NCBI RefSeq assembly: GCF_000008305.1
Contig: NC_006055.1
Span: 660,001-692,000 of the forward strand
DNA from: Mesoplasma florum L1
Lineage (GTDB): Bacteria; Bacillota_I; Bacilli_A; Mycoplasmatales; Mycoplasmataceae
Reading direction: 5' to 3'
Length of the DNA stretch: 32,000 nt
Notes under the pieces: generated by a model
The model's database searches: none
Told to the model about the DNA's origin: nothing
What the model saw: only the letters and a program-made list of their open reading frames with translations
Made by a program: the position numbers and the translations under genes
Part shown: in pieces, positions 24,066 through 32,000 of the stretch
How positions within the stretch are numbered: the first letter of the stretch is position 1
How the letters are laid out: each line of letters opens with the position of its first letter

Positions 24066-25856
24066 TTAACTAACTGCTATATTTTGAGAATTTAATTTAT
24101 TCAAAATTAAAACATTATCTTTTAAACATTCTGTATAGTTTTCTTGCTTTAACTTTTCTAATGATTTAGCAATATTTTTATCAATTGATTCTATTCCGCC
24201 GAAACGATTTAGGTATGACAAACTGACTTCTGCTAATTTAGCAAGATATATTGTTGAAGCCATATCATTTTTTAAAATTGCGAAACTAACAATTTTTCCG
24301 TCTAAGTACTCAATCATTTCATCAAATACAGGTCTTGATAAAAATGTGTCTGGATATACTCTTACGTTTTTCTCTGATTTTTCTAGTATTTTAAATCCAT
24401 TGTTAATTTGTTCTTGGTATGTTTTTAAAACTGAAATGCTTGGATTTTTAGCAATCATTACTTCCATAACAACTAATACTTTTTTTAAACTTATATTTCT
24501 TGATTGTATTTCATTAATTATTTCTTCTTGTGAAGTCAATTGTGCTCTAATTAATCGTAAATTTTCAAAAGATAAAAATATTTTAGATATTATGTCCATT
24601 AAATTTGAACCCTGTTTTGCATAGTGTAACTTTTGAACAGAAGTTTCGCTTAATGCAAATTCATTTAATAAATTTATGTATCTTTCTTCCTGATCTTTGA
24701 TTGTTTGTTCCACAGAAAAAATTCTTGATTTGATTGAATTTATATTATTGTTTGTACCAAACTTTTTATTTAGATTTCTAATATCCTTAAGAGCAACAAC
24801 TTCATTTGAAATTGAAGAAAATGCATTTTTAATCACTTTTTGACTAGATTCTATGAATTGTTTTATTGATGTTTCATATTTCATATTTATTTCAAATAAA
24901 CATATTTGAGATAAAAGTCTTCTTGAGTTTTCGTATGCTTTTTCAATATTTATAGAATAAATTTCTCTTTTAATTGTTTTAACTCAATTTGCGTAAAATC
25001 CTGAAATTGAATTAAACTGTGATTTTTTGTTATTTTTTTGTAATTCACTTCCTGCTGTACTTTCAAAAATAGAACTTCTAATTTCTTCTAATTTATTTTT
25101 TAATTGATAATCGATAAGATAAACAATTTTTTCAGTATCATCCAAAATTAATATCAACCTTGAAATTATTTCATAAGCATCTTTTAAGTTTGAAATTGCT
25201 TCGTTATATTTTGCATTTTTGATATCTAGACCAGCTGATTCTATGTAAAGATTTAAGTTATTAAAAAAGTTTGAGTTTAAACCATTTGGGCTTCATGTAT
25301 CATTTGTTGAACCATTTCCTGCTTTTATTAATGATTTAATATTGTTTGTTTCTTCTATTACATTTATATATCAGTCTCTTGCAATTTTTTGCATTTCAAG
25401 AATTTGTTCTATGTTATTTATTACGTCAACTGTATCAGCATGTAGTATTTCAGCTCTATAAAAAATTTTTTTAGCTTTTAAGTAGTTTCTAATTGTTGGT
25501 TTAGGGTTATAACTATTTTCATTGAACATCTCTGCTGTTTCAGTAGCTAAAGTAACAAATCTTTCTGCAAAGATATTGTAATAATTCCTTAGCATAATAT
25601 AAAACGTACTTTCTAAATTTCTGTTATCTTTATTTTTAATATATATTCTGTAAATAATTATAATTTTTTTAAGTAAAGGTGAAGAATCAACATATGTTAA
25701 TTTTCTTGAACTTTCATATGTATATTCAACTGTTTTTTTATACAATACAAGGGTAATCAAGGTTGCTAATAAACCTAATATTGAAATCACAACAAACACA
25801 ATACCAACTATTAATAAAGCTGTCGGTTTATTTGATAATGTTGACATTAATATCAT
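24066..25856 (-). CDS. ezrA: EzrA-like septation ring formation regulator (N-terminal TM anchor, long helical body)
   Basis: In-frame ORFs 25371-25856 and 24066-24884; single N-terminal TM (LLIVGIVFVVISILGLLATLITLVLYKK), then coiled-coil-rich sequence; context beside thiI is common for ezrA. An alternative start is at 25847. Confidence 0.6.
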
Positions 25857-25959
25857 GAAATCACCACTTTTCTACTATATATAATTATAACAAATATATT
25901 TAACACATTTGTTGTTGAAAGTAATCTACTTTATATATATAATATTAAAGTTATTGTTT

Positions 25960-26107
25960 ATATTCTGCGGATGAATATTTACTAAAAACTGTTTACACAT
26001 GCTTAAAGTAGTAACTCTTGGCAGTAAGAGCGAATCGGTAAACTGGTTAGTAAGGAATTTATCAAAGATTATTTTTAATAACGCTTATTTTAAAAAGGAG
26101 ATAGCGT
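25960..26107 (+). promoter_or_regulatory. structured 5' leader of rpsD, candidate S4 autoregulatory element with SD in a hairpin loop
   Basis: GTTTAC (25991-25996) can pair with GTAAAC (26038-26043) enclosing CTCTT(26015-26019)/AAGAG(26026-26030); ACGCT (26081-26085) can pair with AGCGT (26103-26107), leaving AAAAAGGAG in the loop just before ATG. Confidence 0.5.
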
Positions 26108-26734
26108 ATGTCAAGATATACAGGATCAACATTTAAAAAAGCAAGAAGATATGGTTTCTCAATTCTTGAGAATGGTAAAGAATTTAGCAAAGGGAAAAAA
26201 AGAGTAACAACTCCAGGTCAACACGGTAAAGACAAAGCTCGTTTAAAAATGAGTGGATATGGTGCTCAATTACAAGAAAAACAAAAAGTTAAATTCATGT
26301 ATGGAATGACTGAAAGACAATTCAGAAACACATTTGCTAAAGCTAAAAAAGTTCACGGTGGAATTTTAGGGACAAACTTCCTAGTATTATTAGAATCAAG
26401 ATTGGACAACATCGTTTTCCGTCTTGGATTTGCAATGACTAGACAAGCTGCTCGTCAATTAGTAAACCACGGACACATTTTAGTAAATGGTAAAAAATTA
26501 GACATTCCTTCATACCAAGTAAAACCAGGTGATTCAATTGAAGTTAAAGAAGCTATGAAGAAAAATGATAAAATTGCTGAAGCATTACAAAATAATGAAT
26601 CAACAGTTGAATTCGTTAAAGTTGATAAAGCTAATTTAAAAGGTCAATTTGTTAGATTACCTGAACGTCAAGAATTAAATCTAGAAATCAACGATGCTTT
26701 AATTGTTGAATGATACAACCGTTTAATTAAATAA
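26108..26734 (+). CDS. rpsD: 30S ribosomal protein S4
   Basis: [26 protein letters not shown]...; S4 domain [32 protein letters not shown]. The listed ORF stops at TGA 26711-26713, but with TGA=Trp it ends ...LIVEWYNRLIK* at TAA 26732-26734. Confidence 0.97.
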
Positions 26735-26750
26735 TTAATTAAACTTAAAA

Positions 26751-26777
26751 ACGTCAGCTTTTTGCTGGCGTTTTTTT
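26751..26777 (+). terminator. intrinsic terminator of rpsD
   Basis: ACGTCAGC-TTTT(T)-GCTGGCGTTTTTTT. Confidence 0.9.
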
Positions 26778-26911
26778 ATTTTACATATTTATATAAAACT
26801 CATCCTAAGATGAGTTAATTTGTTTTGAGAGAAAAAATAAAATGTAAATTTGATAATAAAAGTATATATAAATGAAAAGATTTAAAAACTGCTTTAGCAA
26901 TTTTTATGCGG

Positions 26912-26937
26912 GGGGATAAATTCTTATCCCCTATTTT
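26912..26937 (+). terminator. strong hairpin with U-rich tail on plus strand; possible second terminator
   Basis: GGGGATAA-ATTC-TTATCCCC followed by TATTTTTAT; lies 130+ nt after the rpsD terminator and downstream of convergent tyrS. Confidence 0.6.
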
Positions 26938-26984
26938 TATTATATATATTTTTTTCCAAATGTTAAATGTTTTTTTGGAATTTT

Positions 26985-28226
<1,242 letters not shown>

Positions 28227-28236
28227 AAATTCTCCT

Positions 28237-29292
28237 TTATTTTATTTGTGTTAGACGATCAGAAGCTATGTTTTTTCTACCAAACTTAGCCTGTTCTTTT
28301 CCGTTTATTAAAACTGCATCTCCTGTAAAATTGTTATCTATTTTTGCTAAATATCCACCAACACCATAAATATCAACAGGTGTATTATTATTTTCGAATT
28401 CTTTTATTTTTTCTTCTGTTAAACCTGATGAAACAATTATTTTTACATGTTTATTTCCTGATTCATCCAGTGCTTTTCTAACTTCTTTAATTAAATATTG
28501 ATTTACTCCATATAGATTTGCATTTTCAGGATATTTATTTCTGTTTTCTTCTAAGTACTTATCAATTAAATTACCTGATGTATCAATTCTTATAGCTCAA
28601 AGTTTTTCTTTAAAATGATTTGCAACTTTTACAGAATCTCTTACACAATCATTGTTATAGTCAACAAGAGATAATAAATTACTTTCAGGAAAGTTTCTAT
28701 AAAATGCTTCAGTTGCTTTCAAAATATCACCATCAAAAGCCTGAATAAGCGCATGTGGCATTGTTCCTGATGGTTTTGGCACGCTTGAATCATCAATTAG
28801 TTCAACTGATGCTTCTGTTACAAATAATTTAATTCCTCCTACTCATGAAGAATATCCATCACTAGGTAAAGTCAAATAGGAATCTGCACGATCCATCATA
28901 TTTAAAACTGGTTTACCATTAGCAGCTTTAACAATTTTGCTTGAGTTTGTAGCTATACATGAATTTCTTGCTAAAATTCCGTCAATCATACCTTCTAATC
29001 AACCAAAGCTAGAATAATTACCTTCGATCTTTAAAACCGGTTCATTTGCGTTTATTATGTCTCCATCTTTTAAAGCTCAAATTTTTAAATTTTTATAATC
29101 TTTACATGCAAATTCAAGAAGTTGTATAACTTCATTTATACCTGATAATGTTATATTGTTTTTTCTTTGAAAAAATTGCATAGTAACAATAGAATTTGGA
29201 AATTCGTTATTAATAATTAAACTAGTTTTTTTAAAATAGTCAGCTATATAATATCCGTCTTTTATTTTTTTATCAAAATTTATTTTATTCAT
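28237..29292 (-). CDS. pncB: nicotinate phosphoribosyltransferase
   Basis: MNKINFDKKIKDGYYIADYFKKT..., GTMPHALIQAF, DTSG, SSGLTEEKI..., YGVGGYL motifs; ORFs 29077-29292 and 28597-28782 are in frame; stop TAA 28237. Confidence 0.9.
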
Positions 29293-29296
29293 AAAA

Positions 29297-29878
29297 TTAA
29301 CCTTTAAACTCGCTACCTAAATTATTGCGATATTTTTCATCTAACTCAATTATGCCTTCAGAATTAAATTTTCCTTCTTCAATATTTAATTCTTTTGCGC
29401 TACATAACATTCCTTCTGAATCATATCCTCTTAACTTACCTTTTTGAATTTGCATTCCATTAGGCATTCAACTTCCATCTGTTGCAACAACTACAAATAT
29501 ACCTTCTCTAGCATTTTTTGCACCACAAACTATTTTTAAAATTTTTGTTTTAATATCAACTTCACAAGCACTCAAGTGTGTGTCAGGGATTGCATCACAT
29601 TTGATAATTTTCCCAATAACAAATTGTTCTAATGGCTCAAGTTTAATAACATCCTTTAACTCAGAATTAATATAAGTTAAAATATCAGAATCATTATAAA
29701 TAAAATTTTTATTAATCTCTAATTTTACTTCAAAGATATTTATCCCTACTAACTCCTCCTCATTTTTTAAAATAACTATATTCCCTTTTTTTTCTGAAGA
29801 TGTAATAGGTTTGTTTTTAAAAGTTAACATTAAACAATTAAACTGTTTATTGTAAAATACTCCAAATTTTGTACTCAT
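29297..29878 (-). CDS. ytpR: YtpR-type tRNA-binding domain protein
   Basis: [43 protein letters not shown]...[29 protein letters not shown], the tRNA-binding OB-fold as in YtpR/PheT N-terminus. Confidence 0.88.
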
Positions 29879-29955
29879 GTGTCTACCTCTATTTTAATAA
29901 TTTTATTAATATTATATAATTAAGTTATTAAAAAAGCACAACAGGAGGTTATATT

Positions 29956-30786
29956 ATGAAAATAGCTATTTTAACTGACTCATCATTTGATGGGAATTTG
30001 AAAAGTTTTAAAGATTTGTATCAAGTACCTTTATTAATTGTTGAAGAAGATGGTACAACACATTTTAGTGATGATAAGTTAGACGATAACTTTTTTTATG
30101 ACTTATTAGAAAAGCAGGCTCTTAAAACTGCACAAACCACACCGGGTGAAATGTTAAAGGTTTGAGATAAACTTTTAACTGAATATGATCAAATAATATT
30201 CTTGCCTTTATCAAAAGGATTAAGTGGTCAATTCAATACTTACAGAATGTTAAGTGAAACTGAAGAAGAGTACAAAGGTAAAGTCTTTGTTTGTGATACT
30301 AACGGAGTAAGTATTATTAATCAAGAATTTGTTAAGAAAGTTGCCTTCTGAATTGCACAAAATAAAAGAGGTTTTGAAATAATGGAATTAGTTTCTAAAG
30401 CAAATGAGGATTTCATTGGATACATAATTCCAAAAACTTTAGATACATTGAAGCGTGGTGGAAGAATTAGCCCTGCTGCAGCTAGTTTAGCAAAAATGTT
30501 AAAAATTGTTCCCATATTAAGATATGATGGAAAAATAGATAAAGAAGCAACTGCAAGAACTTTTAAAAAAGCAGTTAATGAAGCATTGGATTTAATAAAG
30601 AAAAATGCTAAAGGTGTTAAGGTTGTTGATATATCTTATTCAAGAATGCAACCAGAAACATTAGCAGAAGTCATTCAAATAATTGAAGAAAAGGGCTTTC
30701 AAATAAATTTAAAAAGCCAAATAACTAGCGTTATTGCAGCTCATACTGGTAAAGAAACTTTAGCAATTGCTGTATGAAAGAAATAG
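29956..30786 (+). CDS. DegV family fatty acid-binding protein (copy 1)
   Basis: ILTDSSFDGNLKSF...TAQTTPGEM...PLSKGLSGQFNTY...LKRGGRISPAAASLAKMLKIVPIL; the frame continues through TGA (Trp) to TAG 30784-30786. Confidence 0.9.
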
Positions 30787-30794
30787 GAGGATTT

Positions 30795-31646
30795 ATGAAA
30801 ATAGTTATTTTATTAGATAGTTCAGGAACTAATCAATCAGAAAAAATAAAAAATAAAAATATTGAGGTTTTACCTTTACACTTTACTTTCCCTAATGGAA
30901 CAGATATGTTAGACACTCCAAAAGAAGTGAAAGAAAAAGGCATTATTAAATTAATTTCAGAGGGTGTTGATATCAAAACAAGTCAAGCTAGTCCAGGTGA
31001 AGTCGAAAACAAATATGACGAACTTTTAAAAACTTATGATCACATTTTTCATATCCCTATAACAGGTAATTTATCAAGTATGCTACAAACAGCAATGATG
31101 GTTTCAAGAGATGATAAATATATTGGAAAAGTTACTGTTTATGAAAATTTAAACATTGCAGCTCAAGCAATAGAACAAACGGCTCTTCATATTTCTAAAT
31201 TGTTAGAAGAAGGTAAAATTAAAACACCTGAAGAAATAACACAAGCAATTAAAGAATATGAAAAAGAAATGTATATTGCAATTCTTCCTGGTGATTTAAA
31301 AAGATTAACAAATGGTGGGAGAGGTAAAAAAGCTGTCACAACTGTCTTAAATATTTTAAAAACTAAAGTATTAATTAAATGAGAAGCTGAACCTAAAAAA
31401 GAAGCTATGGGTAGAACAATCAATTCAATAATGGATAGAATTACTAAAGTATATCATGAGAGCTATTCAAAAGGTTTTGAAATGGTTTTTGTTAGAACAC
31501 CTTTAACTTCTTCAAAAATATATGAAGCTGCTAGAGGAGCTTTAGTTGAAGCTAAAGTTAATTTTTCAGAAGAATTAATACCAAATATTTACACAGCACA
31601 TGCAGGTGTAGACACAATAGGTTTTATTATTACAAAAAAAATATAA
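30795..31646 (+). CDS. DegV family fatty acid-binding protein (copy 2)
   Basis: KIVILLDSSGTNQSEKIKN...KTSQASPGEVENKY...PITGNLSSMLQTA...LKRLTNGGRGKKAVTTVLNILKTKVLI; SD AGGAGG; ORFs 30774-31382 and 31407-31646 in frame. Confidence 0.88.
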
Positions 31647-31647
31647 A

Positions 31648-31692
31648 AAATGAATTGGTGAAAGTTTTTAACTTCATCAATTCATTTTATTT
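31648..31692. terminator. bidirectional terminator between degV copy 2 and the tRNA genes
   Basis: AAATGAATTGGTGAA/TTCATCAATTCATTT 15-bp stem (one G-T), T-rich flank on the plus side, A-rich flank on the left for minus-strand transcripts. Confidence 0.8.
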
Positions 31693-31698
31693 TTTAAT

Positions 31699-31774
31699 TG
31701 GCAGAGGTAACAAGACTCGAACTCGTGACACTCGGTTTTGGAGACCGATGTTCTACCATCTGAACTATACCTCT
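31699..31774 (-). tRNA. tRNA-Trp (anticodon CCA, reads UGG)
   Basis: Minus strand AGAGGTATAGTTCAGATGGTAGAACATCGGTCTCCAAAACCGAGTGTCACGAGTTCGAGTCTTGTTACCTCTGCCA; 76 nt, full cloverleaf, loop CTCCAAA, CCA encoded. Confidence 0.95.
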
Positions 31775-31815
31775 AAAAAAGTACTCAATAATGAGCACTT
31801 TGTTTTTTTTAAAAT

Positions 31816-31891
31816 TGGCAGGGGCAGCAAGACTCGAACTCGCGACACTCGGTTTTGAAGACCGATGTTCTGCCAACTGAACTATGCCCCT
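31816..31891 (-). tRNA. tRNA-Trp (anticodon TCA, reads UGA)
   Basis: Minus strand AGGGGCATAGTTCAGTTGGCAGAACATCGGTCTTCAAAACCGAGTGTCGCGAGTTCGAGTCTTGCTGCCCCTGCCA; loop CTTCAAA, CCA encoded. Confidence 0.95.
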
Positions 31892-32000
31892 ATTAAACAC
31901 TTAAATATTATAAATAAAAAAAAGGTTTTTTTCAATCCTAATATGAAAGCGTTGTTTTATTTTGAGCTACAATTTTCGCAAATCACATGTATCTCTATCT

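Noticed and set aside
31655-31900. ORFs GRGNKTRTRDTRF / GIVQLAEHRSSKPSVASSS across the right end
   Set aside because: These are translations through the two tRNA-Trp genes, and their apparent repeat is the tRNA similarity.
31932-32000. Short minus-strand peptide ...IEIHVICENCSSK* resembling the Cys-containing start of ribosomal protein L33 or a zinc-ribbon tail
   Set aside because: Only about 14 residues before the window edge; too short to assign. Check the next window.

Overview
This 32 kb window is a dense housekeeping and accessory segment from a Mollicute, probably of the Mesoplasma/Entomoplasma/Mycoplasma mycoides type (lineage inferred). It is very AT-rich. TGA must be read as Trp (code 4): most genes are split into several pieces in the standard-code ORF track, and two tRNA-Trp genes (CCA and TCA anticodons) lie at the right end. 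Supported genes, left to right: RDD-like membrane protein (partial), family-2 glycosyltransferase, def, RNase J, a fused tandem PhnE-like ABC permease, PhnC-like ATPase, PhnD-like lipoprotein, an unknown membrane protein, a small Cys/His membrane protein, RibU-like ECF S component, pgk, gap, dnaI, dnaB-like replication initiation gene, fpg/mutM, polA, dnaE, thiI, ezrA-like gene, rpsD, tyrS, pncB, ytpR, two tandem degV genes and two tRNA-Trp genes. The most interesting element is a guanine/2'-deoxyguanosine-class riboswitch aptamer (8875-8937, minus strand) followed by an intrinsic terminator. It sits upstream of a 'phosphonate-type' ABC transporter operon, which suggests the transporter may move a purine nucleoside or a related compound. 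An FMN riboswitch (10669-10779) precedes the RibU-like gene. I saw no CRISPR array, transposon or prophage.
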